Positions 26,801 through 38,629 of a DNA stretch of 64,000 nucleotides are shown piece after piece. The DNA lies in NCBI GenBank assembly GCA_030704615.1, contig CM060731.1, positions 94,984,001 through 95,048,000 of the forward strand, given 5' to 3'. Numbering within the stretch: position 1 is the first letter of the stretch; the number at the start of each line of letters is the position of its first letter. Under the pieces are notes generated by a model that worked only from the letters and a program-made list of their open reading frames with translations, did no database searches and was not told the DNA's origin. The position numbers and the translations under genes were made by a program. The stretch comes from Takakia lepidozioides (lineage: Eukaryota > Plantae > Bryophyta).

Positions 26801-28662
26801 CCACATATCGAGAACATGGTCACTGAATTGCTTTATGACTCCTGTTTCCTTGTTCTTCTCACTCTTCGGAAAGCAGTGGCTATCTTTCACTTTGGGGTCG
26901 TTGGAGACATAAAACACTGGAGACCCCTCTATGTATCCATGACTAAAATCTTGCTCCAACTTGGACACATCCCCGGTGAGGGCAGGTCGAACGATTGGCA
27001 TTGATATTAGGCGGCAGAGAGGGATCATGATCTTGCCTCCAGGTACCAGCATATACTTGATCACCCGTGCGGAATTGACCTTCTGGTACACAAGGACCTT
27101 TGCCGCTCTTTCTTCGTAGAAAGGATCGTCTTCTTCAACAGGCTTCTCAGTCACTTCTTCCTCCTACTACTGCTGCTTCTCAGGCTGCAATCCTTTTCTT
27201 TTCCTCCCCTGCACCTCCCACAATTGCAGCCTTTCCGTCATTCCACAGTTACATTTTCCTGATCTGGCACCTACAAGAATTGAGTGTGGTGGCGCACTCA
27301 CTTTCGAGACTGACAAAAGATCAGAACAGACAAACATCGGTTCTCCAAAACTACACACATAACCCTCATTTCTTGTCAACCGGAATTGAATGCGGTGGCG
27401 CACTCATTTTTGGACACCTTCCATGACATCTAAGAAATCATGCTCATCGCAGGCACTCAGTCAATGGCTCCTTTGTCACTTCCTCTTCCACATTGTGTAC
27501 TTCATTCTGTAGGCAGAAACTGAGGCAGAATCTTCATTCTAGACATCATCAAATCAACCATCTACAGGTGCTCAAAAAACTTAGTGCGCTGGCGCACTCA
27601 TTTCTGGGAGCCCTCCACTCTGTCCTGCTTTCTCTTGTGAGCACACCTGGGTCATTACCTCTGTCCACAAAGATGGTCGACCTCACCTCAGAACTGAGTG
27701 CGCCACCGCACTCAGTTTCAAGGTTATCGTTTTTGTCTATCTGAAAACTTAAAAGAGATCTCACTTTGTCCAAAAACATTGTCGATCACACCTCGGAACT
27801 GTGTGCGCCAACGCACTCAGTTTCCAGGTTAGACATAATGTCATTCTCAGAACTCATAAGAGATCTCACTATGGAATAATCGCACTTTCTATCTACTGTT
27901 CACCTCAGTCAATAGCAACTCAATGATTCCTTGGAGCTCAAAAATTGAGTGCGGTGGCGCACTCAGTTCAGGGTGACCACTCCAGTGTCTCACGGACCTA
28001 AACTATGAACATCACCTTCCTCTTTCCCTAATGCCCAAGTGATCGGCAAGCATCCAGTTGAAATGAGTGCGCCACCGCACTCAGTTTCTTCGTGTCCCTC
28101 TCAGGCTTCCGTTTCAGATCCTGCTGTCTCTAAGACTTAGTTATTCACCTCGGCCTACAATGGAAGTGATAGAGCTCCCCTCAAAACTGAGTGCGGTGCC
28201 GCACCCAGTTTTCAAGGGTTCTCTCGTATCCTATCTATGCACTTGGTACGACATTCAAGCGAGATTCATGCATTTTGGAAGAAGGATTACCCTGGGTTTC
28301 ATGACACCACTTCCCGATGCCTCTTCTTGCTGCGTCCTCACAACTTCCTTTGGTGTCGCTTCTTTCTCACCGACGGTGATGGTGTCGATGTCCATGTAAT
28401 GCACAATGGTCTCCGGGGCAGTCTCCTCGCCTTCCATTCTTCCCTGCATTTCAGGCTAGACCAGCTCTGTGATCTGTTGTGATTCGTGGGTTGACGTATC
28501 CTGTGCAACCTGCTCATCAGCGTTTTGCAGATTGCGCAACTTTCTCATTCTGACTCGCGCGTTTTTCCTCTCTCTCACACTCGTGAAGTAAAGGGATTGC
28601 CTTCTACGTCTTCTTACTATGTCTTCTCTCTCACTCCCGCAGCTCTCCAGCTTGACTAACAA
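23880..28662 (-). pseudogene. Element C ParB-like/beta-class DNA methyltransferase fusion gene, spliced and degenerate
   Basis: Contains IPLCRLISMPIVRPAL...FYVS (start of the ParB-like domain; DGNHR segment deleted), HLRDCCWY, motif-IV-like EMVIVDIPDR (25320-25331), and REKSSAFIQTIIESCSRPGARIIDLTLGTG|intron|ASYHACKAGGRHLFGMEGD (motif X/I region). Frameshift near 25272 and a stop at 28456. Confidence 0.8.
27281..28207. repeat. Eight dispersed TGAGTGCG-N4-CGCACTCA palindromes (family C motif)
   Basis: Copies start at 27281, 27387, 27581, 27695, 27800, 27946, 28064 and 28188, with largely unique spacers. Confidence 0.9.
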
Positions 28663-29266
28663 ACAATCGAGAAAGTAAGGAACCCTGTAAAGCCGTCAGT
28701 TATGCATGTGGTTAAGGACGTACGTGTCTACCCTAAAGCCCCCCAAATGGATCGATCTCACTGGCTTCGGCTTATTGGGCGCCCCTAATGCCATCAATAA
28801 GGCCGAGTTCTTCAAATGTGGATGTTTTCTGATTTGGATGAAATATTGCGCACATGAGGCATGCCATCGCCCTATCATACACAGATTTTGCCTTCTTCAA
28901 AACGAAAACATACATAACGTCAGGAACGCAATGTCCGCGTTCATCCGGCGTTGGATATTTCCCGGGTTTGGCACCCAATGCACTGTTCAGGTTCACGTTG
29001 CGGAATGACGCAAAACGCAAATTGGATTGCAATATCCAAGACGACGCCATCTTTTCCCAGTGGTGTGACACTGACAAAATAAACAGTTTTGTTCCCTTCT
29101 CCATCAATTTGGCAACTGCCCAACTGTTTTGGCTGTGTGGTTCAATACCCTCACAAGTTATTGGTTAATGTGTGGGGCCAGTTGTACAACTGCCTCTTGC
29201 CTTAACAAACACTTTTGGGATTTGGCAATCGCCTCCGGAAGGTTTTCACCTGGCCATGTCGCATAG

Positions 29267-30257
29267 TTGTATTGGTACTCACCATCGTATGTTCACCACA
29301 TGGCTTCTCCTAATGACGTGGCCTACGCCGAGTTTCAGTATACTGAAGAGCCTTGCCCTTTCAGTGCCTCGGTTGAAGATGATGGTTTTGTTGTGGTGGA
29401 GGAGCATGTTCTGGCAGCAAGGTTCAAGCTTGACATTGGTTGTGTTACTGTTGAGAAGAGATCTATGACTTGGAGGGAAATGTTCAAAGAACGTTGTTCT
29501 AGAAACCGCACGTTGCAGAGAAACACAAGGAATGGAGAGTTCTTCCTGGAAAATATCGTGTGTTCCGAAGCGAAAGGAGACAATCCGGTGGCTCCATTGT
29601 CACTCCTGGGACAGCTGCCTCTGTCGTTCAAGGAAAGCGGCATGTGACTGTGAAGCGGGAGGACACCACTTCAACAACTTTTGTGACACTGTCGAATTCC
29701 TCGGATGATGAATTGGCAGAAATACTGGCTCCCATGAACAGTCTTCCTGAAGGGGACGTCGATGTTCAGGAAATCGTTAGCGTCATCCCACATCTGAAAG
29801 CATTGTCAGGAAAACCAGGATCCAAAAACAAGATCGCAGGGATACTGTGGGATTCATTCGCAACAAAAAGGGTTCCTTTCCTTCCACTTTCCTTCGACGG
29901 TGACATCCTCTTTGAGCTGAATCCAGCAACTTGTGTTGGGGGCCTCTCAGGTCTCTTGCAAGGAATCCATGGTGCAGAACCAAAACGTCCAATATCCACA
30001 ACGATGTAAACTTGACATTCAGAAGGAGCATTTGTGTGGGGCATCTGAGATGTGTGAATGCAAGTTGCCAGCGTTTCATGAAGAGCGGTGCTAAAAATGA
30101 GAGTGAGTGGGAAGGACTCTCTGACAATCCTTTCATCCCAAGCTGTGCCCCACCGTCTGCCAGTACATTTGTTTGTAAGTTCTGCAAGGTGGCCCCCTCC
30201 TGCATTGCACATTGCCCTGCTCGCATGTACTACGTTACTCACCGTTGCAAAACCATG
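29267..30257 (+). pseudogene. 5' part of the element C transposase (GCM-like Zn domain), frameshifted and interrupted by an LTR
   Basis: LPLSFDGDILFEL...(fs)...PWCRTKTSNI...CVGHLRCVNASC...NESEWEG...CKFCKVAPSCIAHCPARMYY is colinear with the 36309-38141 ORF. Confidence 0.8.
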
Positions 30258-30986
30258 TGTCGCGCACCTCACTTCGGTAAGCTCCCCCCTCAGGTCATAG
30301 TTACTCGCTTGATGCGCGTGCCTAACTCCCAACCTGACCGCCGGGCCAACTTGGAGCTTCGGCTGCTCACCGGGACATAACGGTCCCCCCTTGATCTCCC
30401 AAAGAACCCTCCAACGATTTAGAACCAGCGGAATTCCCTTTGGTAGTTGGCAGTCCGGAACAGCTCCCCACTCTTTGGTCGCTTTCCGGCTCGCTCGCTT
30501 ACTCACTAGCTTTTGGTCACCAACGGGCTTGCACCTTTCTCGGGGTTACTACTCCCTATATATACTTCTGTAGCTGTCCGCGGGGGTTTCACAAATAACC
30601 ATGCCATTTTATGGCGAACCACCACGAACACCCTCGACTCCCGGTGATGAGTCGCGGTGAGTCTTGGCCCACTCACCACGGCCCCTATGGACCGTGATGA
30701 GTCCCAAGACTCCCCACGACTCCCACCACAAGGTCTCCGCCCCAAGGTGAATCCTATGCCACCCCCACTAAGTCCCGCTAAGCTACCACCACCCCTTGTG
30801 GAGCCACCCCCACCGCAACCCGGTGTGCGGGGCTCCACCTTAGTGAGCGCCTCCGCCTCCTTGAGTGCTTTGGGCACTCAAGGGTGCTTCAGCCCCCCAT
30901 ACCTATCGGTAAGCTCCCCTTCAAGTCATAGTTACTCGCTTTGATGCGCGCGCCTGACTCCCAACCTGGCCGCCCGGGCCAACTTG
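30258..30986 (-). mobile_element. Truncated LTR of the 45408-52418 Gypsy family, with a partial restart
   Basis: Begins TGTCGCGCACCTCAC like the LTRs at 45408 and 51671. It breaks off near 30908 and restarts with about 80 bp of the LTR beginning. No CA end or TSD. Confidence 0.9.
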
Positions 30987-31002
30987 TTGCCACTTCGTAC
31001 CG

Positions 31003-31649
31003 GTCAATGAAAGCATATGGCAATCACTATAGAGTGGACGATGCCAACACCAGCCTCCTGGTGACTTTATGACAGCGGAGTGGCATCATTTTTTGAACAA
31101 GAGAGTAGGAGCTGTGCACGAGATCATAATCCAATTTCATGCCATGTGCAATATGTAGGAGTGATCAAAGAGATCCTTAAACTAGACTATGGTCTTGTGA
31201 AGCCAATTCTATTCCGTTGTTCTTGGGTAAAAGCCAATATGGTAGGAGAGAATGCCACCATGAAACGGGATGAGTACGGGTTCCTCCTTGCTGATTTCAG
31301 AAAAATGCTACCACAAGATGAAGAGTCTTTCATCTTCCCATTGCAAGTTGAGCAAGTTTTCTTTTTAGATGACACCCATGCGCCGGGATGGAAGGTGGTT
31401 CTTCACAAGGACCCCCGGGCCAAACGAGTCATGGCCAACGTCCATGATCTGGACCTAGGGGAGAATGCCGACCACGAGGGTCTGAGGGAACCACAAAATC
31501 TACCAGATACGGCCGAACCAGTCTCTTTGGAAGGAGCAGTTACCTTTAATGAGGAAGACATTCCAGGGTTGGTAATTACCGCAAGGCAAATTGCAGATGT
31601 GGGTAGTGAAGGGGAAGATTATTTGGATATAGATAGTGAGCCCAGCTGA
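31003..31649 (+). pseudogene. CACTA/En-Spm transposase C-terminal fragment (DUF4216-like)
   Basis: YVGVIKEILKLDYG...LFRCSWV...DEYGFLLADF...ESFIFPLQVEQVFFLDD...WKVVL. The 5' part is missing. Confidence 0.85.
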
Positions 31650-32470
31650 ATCTCAGTGTCCATTAAGCGAGCAGCTCATAGACGAGAGCTATGGACTCTT
31701 ACTGTCCTTAGAACCCATTTTGTACAGTCCTGCAAGCGCGCAAGGGCGAGACAGTTAATAGTATCGATAATGTCCCGGTATGTGGTCCGTACTGTCTTGT
31801 GAACAAACCTATTTTTGTTCTGCCAATATTGTTTCTGACATGTGAGGAGAGGATCGTCTTCATGTACGGGAAGTAGACGTGAATGTGTGCATGCATTTTC
31901 TGGCCCAGCTGCATGCTTTCCAAGAACAAAGACCAGTGGAATGGGGGGTGTCTCCAAAGGAGCAGGACCGAACGACACCTTTTTGTGCTTCCCTTGCTTT
32001 CCTTCTCACCGTTGTTGCATTCTCCCACCTGCCCAACAGCAACACTCTCGAAGCAATAACATGACATAGGTTGCAACATGATCTTCTTCATTAGCGAATG
32101 AGCTTTTTTGCTACATGTACTGCCACGTCCACATTAACGTTGATCCCTACAAGCACTTGGCAAGACGCCCCAGAGCCGCAAATCCAGCAACCACCACAAA
32201 CACATCTAACTGATTGTAGTGACACGGGAATAGCTCACTTGTAGAGGACAACCAAATGAATGGCTCTGCCCCTTGTAGCACAAGTGCGATGCAAAAACAA
32301 GGTGAGTACAAAATGAAGAAGCACTTACGAGGTCCCCATCCCTCGGATGGGCTCCCACTTGTGCTCTGGAACTATGCAGGCCTGACTAGCACCAAATTGC
32401 ATGAATCCTAAGCCTGAATGTCACATGCAGGTTTATGTCGCGATGCAGCACGCCATCATCTAACCTGTAG

Positions 32471-33168
32471 TTTCCAGTTTCACTGGTGTCACAACTGCCT
32501 TCAAGTCAACATCAAAATTAAGTCCACCTATGCGCAAATCGCAGAATGTCTCATGACACCATCTGCCGCCGCTGGTTTGGCATGATATGATTGTAGTTCA
32601 CAACCTTAATGAACGCTTTCAGCCTTGACCTCTTTGCGATCTTCTTATGTGACTGCTTCTTCATAATTTATGAAAGGGAAAAGCAGCTACACATCAAATT
32701 CTTGCAAGTACAGGGGGGTACTCAGGTCTCCTTGGGAGAAAGAGTGCCATAAACACAGACACGTCCTTAAATGTAAAAATTGGAGAAGCGAACGTCTGGT
32801 GGTAATAACTGCCTAAACCAGAATTATACTCCATTCCAGCGCACATGTAAAGGGTCGGATGATAACTCGGAATCCCAGTTGGAGACAATGAGACGAATAC
32901 ATGACTATCTTGCGAGTTTCAACTTTCTTGGAGGTAGTTTCCAGTTTCTCTGGTGTCACAACTGCCTTCAAGCTGGGTTTAGAGGAATTAAGTCCCACTC
33001 GCAAATGCAGAATGTCTCCCTCATCTGCGTGGGCAAAATGGGGTTTGGCATGATATGATTGTAGTTCACAACCAAAGGGCATATTCTTCAGCCTTGACGT
33101 CTTTGCGATCTTCTTCTGTGACGCCTTCTGCATAACTTGTGAAATGGAAAAGCAGCTACACATCAAAT
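32471..33168 (+). repeat. Diverged ~230-bp direct duplication (32471-32700 and 32938-33168)
   Basis: Both copies run tttccagtttc.ctggtgtcacaactgccttcaag ... ggtttggcatgatatgattgtagttcacaacc ... aaaagcagctacacatcaaatt. Confidence 0.85.
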
Positions 33169-33924
33169 TATTGCGATGCCACTCAATGGCACTATGAACG
33201 TTTCGAGCATGCTGTCAGAAAAGTAGACGGGCAAAAACCCAATTCAGCAGCCTCACCTTGCGTGGATACTTGGGAATTGATGCCAGAAGGGCATGCCCAT
33301 ATGTGCGCTCCATCGTGCCTCCATCCAGCACATTCTGTAAATGATGAATGACCAAGACCCCGATGTCACACCGTTATGAGAAGCCACTACGCGCGCTCAC
33401 AGTATACGAAGGCCTTGCCGTGTCAGGATTTCCATTCCCACGTCCCGCCATGTCCGACGTAGCACTTGCATCCTTGTCTCTGTCAGGTGGAGGCAACACG
33501 TATTAAAATATCTATTCCCCCAAGGCCACATTTTGTTTACCTCTTTTTGTGAAAGCCACGTCAGCAAATGTGCTGCCGAGTCATGGGTGCAATGAATGCG
33601 CAGTGGTTCATGGAGTCGTTGAGTCGACTACATATTCACTTTAATGAATAAATATCTTTATTCCATTAATCGAATTAGGAAAGAAAATTTGTAGTCGCAT
33701 GTGCAGTAATTACAACCACTTGTAATTTTGGATTTTTCAAATTTTATGTATTTACGCAATTCGTAAAATAGCCCGGAATTCTGCTACGACTCCGGAGTCG
33801 TTGACCCCACTTATGTCCGCCGTCTGAAATGCCCCTGTGGGCCCACATTGTCTGTTTCAACTCTCCAGTAGTCCCGTTTACTACCAAGTGGTTCCCGGAG
33901 TGGTCGCGGACATGCAGTTGAATC

Positions 33925-33949
33925 GGAAAAAACACGAATGCTTCTAGTG
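33925..33949 (-). mobile_element. Possible CACTA terminus (reverse complement CACTAGAAG...)
   Basis: ...cttctagtg ends at 33949, downstream of the DUF4216-like ORF and in the expected orientation. No partner end is available to confirm it. Confidence 0.3.
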
Positions 33950-34394
33950 TAGGTAACAGAGACGAGGACAAGCTGTGGAATGAATACTTTTCTGACCCCA
34001 GTCAATGGTGAGACAAGAGGTTAGCTATTTCATGAGCATGAGTGGCATGAGCGGCATGAGCGGCATGAGCGGAGTAGTAAGACAATCGGTTTTCATGAGC
34101 AGAAGTACAAATTTCAAAAATAAAAACAATAAAAAACATTAATTTAATGCAATGTGTCAGGAAAAACAAATATATTATTCGGCCCTTTGAAGGGAAAATT
34201 GTAGTTTTGACAGTTGTGCTCATGATATTTCGTCTTCCGCTCATGCCAATTCCCAGCGACATGTGCAAATATGGAGCCGAATTTCGCGGTAATAGGGTCC
34301 GTAACCTCAAAAAACGGCAACGTATTTCGCGGTAATAGGTCTCTCTGGCGAAAAATGGTGCCGAATTCCGCGGCTATAGGTCCCCTCATGACAG

Positions 34395-34700
34395 GTAATT
34401 CGGCGCCATTTTTCCAGTGCATACTCGGACTTAGCCAGTTTTCGGCGCAAAATAGGGAAATTCGGCGCCATTTTTCCAGACACTGTACCAGTGCATGTTG
34501 GGACTTAGCCAGTTTTCGGCCCAAAAAAGAGAAATTCGGCACCATTTTTCCAGACACGGTACTAGTGCATGTTGGGACTTAGCCAGTTTTCGGCCCAAAA
34601 AAGAGAAATTCGGCGCCATTTTCCCAGACACAGGTACCAGTGCATGTTGGGACTTAGCCAATTTTCGGCCCCAAAAAGAGAAATTCGGCGCCATTTTTCC
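34395..34700 (+). repeat. 74-bp subterminal tandem repeat (about 4 units)
   Basis: Unit gtgcatgttgggacttagccagttttcggcccaaaaaagagaaattcggcgccatttttccagacac, starting at 34417, 34491, 34565 and 34640. Confidence 0.9.
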
Positions 34701-34857
34701 AGAAATGGCCCCACAACTGCTTCTGTTGGATCTCAGTTTGAATGGAATATTGCCTCATTCCAGGAGTTTTGGGGTGCATTTCATTACACTGCAAAAAAAA
34801 GTCTGATACAGCAAAATGCAATTGAAAATATCCATATGGAGGATTCCCTTTGCCCCA

Positions 34858-37800
34858 TCAATGATTTCTGGAATCCCTAAGGAGGAGTTTGTGCAGCTCG
34901 TTCACGCTCAACGCCGGTGCATGAATAAAATCATCAATAGTCACGTTCATCCTCAATCTCTTCAGGTAAATGTAATACAGATGCTTGCACGGATAATACT
35001 TCGAACCCTTCTTTGCTTCCATCAACGAGAAGTCCGTACAATTGCAAGTCGGCTCCACTCCAATCATAATTGTGCATACATCGTCGCGTACAGCCGAGCC
35101 GGCCGTTGCCATCCGATACACACGCCCAAGGCCGGGTGGGGGTACGTCCACGGAGCTCTGAATAGTGCAAGCCATCCCAAGAGCATTGGCAATCCGAGTC
35201 TCATTCAACTTGTTGGGAGGGTGTCGTCTCTTCACTCTTCCGAATCGCATTGTGGGATGTGCAGAATTGTCCAATCCGTCTCTACTGGACCGAGCAGTCT
35301 GCAATGGCTGGGTCTGAGGAACCGGAAATGCGTGGGCCGGGATGTTTGTGCGTTGCACCATTCGAAATCCTACTGCAGATAGAGCATCCGCCTCATTCCG
35401 AGAGAGGCTGCAACCCGGTGCAACAGGCCAGACGCCCGGAGGCTCCGGCATTCCCTGAATCCCGTACTTGGGCTTGCCAAATACACAGGTCATTATGTCG
35501 TGCCTACAGAACCAAAATGTCTGCGTTGTGGCGTGAGCAAATGTGGGAGTCAAAAATCTGCCGCTGAAATAAGGTGCAGGTACAGCACCGTGTGGGTTCC
35601 TCCGAATCATCACACCACAGCGTGCTCTCGTATCCACCCGGATGGCGCAGCACTTCCCTCGAAATGCCGGCAATGTCCTCGCAATTCTCCACTGTGACTC
35701 CGACACTCTTGTCTCCACAATGGGAATGTTGTACTGCTTTACTACAGATGGCTCGTTATGTTGCCGAGGCACGCGCCCTGTGCTCAAAGGAGATGACGAT
35801 CTTGAACGTGCAGGACTTGCGGTGCTCAACGAGACCTCCTCGGGCAACATCACCGGACCACGAGGGAGCGTGCGAATATTCTTGTCAGCTTGCCATGAAT
35901 CCTCTTCTCCGCCAGGTGCCTCGTCAAGTCTTCGTCTCACTGGACGGGTATGAACATCTCCTTCCAAATGTTGGCCTCTTCGCAGCAATGGCGTGTCCCG
36001 AAGGCCCTCTCGCAAGGCCGCCACCCACTTCCGAGGATTCTTCGATCTAGAGGCAGTCCGCATCAGCATTTCCTGCCTGTCCGGCCCCAAGCCCCACTAG
36101 TTCCCTTTCAAGAACTCGTTGTACCTGCTTTGCTGCATAATTGACCTCACAATGTCCTCCGTTGTGGCAGTGAGGATGTCCACCAGATGCGCCGCAGAAG
36201 AGGCACGCCAGGAAGAATGCACTGATTCGGCCATGTTTGTCGTGGGCATGTCGGTGTCGGAGTCGAGACACATTTCCTGCACAAGCACATGTTGAGGTTA
36301 CAAGCAAGTTACAAATATGGCCAAGAATAATATTCAACGAGACGCGAATTCGTGCAACTCACCTCCCGCATATAGTCGCCGAACTGGAGGAAACGATAAT
36401 GCCACCATGCTAGCCAACTGACCATTGCTCCCTCGTCTGATTTCCTTACAGCACATGACGATGTCCACCAAGCCCGTATACATGCAAACTGTGTCTCTGC
36501 ATCATCCAAGGTGGGAGCGCGCTTCCACGCAAGGCACATGGAACGGTGCTCCTCTCTAAAATTTGGCGCCACGAGCCCGGTTGTGTACTGCGAAAGGCTC
36601 TGCAGAAAATGGCACCCACAAGATCTCTCCTTGCCTTCCATGGGAACATTGGGGTCTTCCCCGTACACCCATCGGATGGCAGCCCAATTTGCTTGTGCGT
36701 TGTCCGCCATGAAACCACGGAAATTGGGAGGGGGCAATCCCGCCTTGGCCATCTGTTCGTTTATTCCCTGCCAAAGAAGCATCTCCGATTGTGTGTCCTC
36801 TCCTTTCATCTCACAAATAGCAATTGTCATTAGCATCCTGCAGTGGGTGTCGTAGACATGTGCACCCATTGTCACCCACTGGTGATTTGTAATTCGCTTG
36901 ATATGGTCGAACATGACCCAACTGTTTGACAAGTCCCCACTCGTCATCCTGTGGACCAGTTCGACGCCGCTGCCAGGTCCACACGTGGACATTTTGAATA
37001 CGAAACAACAATCTGCCTCAGTCCCTTGTCCTGGAAACCGACTTCCATGAATGTAGTCATATCCACATCGTCGCTCCACCTCCAGAATGGAGTGCATATC
37101 CGAGCCACGCCCAATTTTCTGTTTGCATGACACAATGTGGTTTTGGACATTCGGTGAACAGATGTGGGACACCGACTCCAGCAATGCCTCCATTTCCTTG
37201 TCATCGAGAGGAACTCTGTCGGAGCCGTCTTCCGACATAATTCTGGCCAACGCACCCGGTCTCAACTTTACCTCCTCCTGAACGAGCTGCTCTGCCTCGT
37301 GGGCAGCCTCCCGCGAGTTCCCCCTCGCCAATTTGTGACGATGGGATCCAACGTGTATGCAAGCTCGGGTGAGGTCAGGGAAATGGTGCAACACATAGAA
37401 CTGCTTGGCATTACAAACAGACATGCAGTGTGGTGGTTCTTTGCAATGCGCACACTTAAATGTGGAGTTCGGAACCTTCTCCTGAGCTCGAAATGGTTGA
37501 TGAGCAGTGCCTGTCCAATCGGTCTCGTTCCTGTGACCTCTGGATTTAAAGTGGAAGCAAGTTGGGGAGAAACACCGCAACGCGCCCGCACAAACAACGT
37601 AGCGCACCCGCACACAATCGAGCATCTTCATGCTGGTGGTTTTGGTGACGCACCAAGGATGACCATCATGTTTTCTATCCATATCTGTCAACATTCCGGA
37701 CGTCCTCGAGTAGTCCGCCCGAGGAGGGAACTCAAAGAAGATATTACCGTCGACGTCGGCGGGAAGGCAAGTAACCAATTTAATTGCGAACTTGCTGTAG

Positions 37801-38500
37801 TCCAGCCCGGCCAGCTCCGACTGGTGTCCCTCCAGGTGAAGCCCTCGCAGAATTTCAAGAATAGATCGAACTGCGGTGCTCGTGCTGGGAATATGACTCC
37901 CTCCTCCACTGACGTCCATTGAGGACTTGTCTGATCTCCAGGACGACCTCGGAACTTCCATGACCTCGTCTGAGTCGGACAGGTTGTGAACAACCCGGTT
38001 CTCGCTCGTCTTCATAGATGGGTTCGGCTCTGGATTTACTTCGTTGCGGACTTCTCTCTTTGAGGTAGCCACTCTCTGATCGGGCAAATGAAGTCCCCAA
38101 CAGCCTTGTATATGACGCTGTCCGATGGTGGAACTCGCCATTCCCTGCCATCGCCGAAATCATTGTGGAGCACAACAATACTCTCGACAACAAGGCCGTT
38201 TGAGTCCTTCCTTTCCTCCTCCAAAAAAACCGACCCCGGTTTCAGGTGGTATCGAACGCACAAATATTTCTCCATCACTCGGCAGATGTCCCCTCTGCAC
38301 GGAAATGAAGCTCTATGCTCGTGGGCAGTACACTGTAGCGCTCGGGTTTTCCGCCATGGGAGATGTGCACACAAGACTGCCAGGATGGCGTGCGGGCAAG
38401 CTCCCTGGTAGAAGGGGGATGCAGCGATGGGGAGGAATGCGGTGCCGATTTGTCCGAGCGACGAAGCCTGATCCAAATCCAGGGAGCCAACTATCTCAAA
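34858..38500 (-). pseudogene. Mutator-superfamily DDE transposase with an N-terminal GCM-like Zn domain and a C-terminal SWIM finger
   Basis: GCM/WRKY-like region DGHPW...CAGALRC...CAHC...C...HVGSHRH. Catalytic D (VMFDH, 36906), D (FMADNA, 36702), CxxH (CGCH, 36610) and E (TTNMAESVH, 36226). Intron 36362-36277. SWIM CNCTDF...CKHL. In-frame TAG at 36097-36099 and frameshifts in the 5' part. Confidence 0.88.
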
Positions 38501-38629
38501 AATCCACAGTCAGAGTGTTAATGAACCTTGTCTCCGGAATGCGGCCCCTGGTCTTTGCGCAATAACTGCCAACGGTATGCAGTCAGAAAGTGGGGGGCCG
38601 TTCGGATGATGTCGGCTGAAGGGGAGAAG

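Larger units (their letters stand above)
23264..30257. mobile_element. MULE-like element C (divergent family), truncated on the right by an LTR
   Basis: The putative end GGGGGATGCTA at 23264 resembles the GGGGG(T/C)TGCTA ends of A and B3 and is followed by GAGCC repeats. Same divergent MTase(-)/transposase(+) layout. No partner end or TSD in the window. Confidence 0.7.

Noticed and set aside
31676-33351. Short ORFs as a second CACTA gene
   Set aside because: Fragmentary, with no recognisable domain, and partly within a local duplication.
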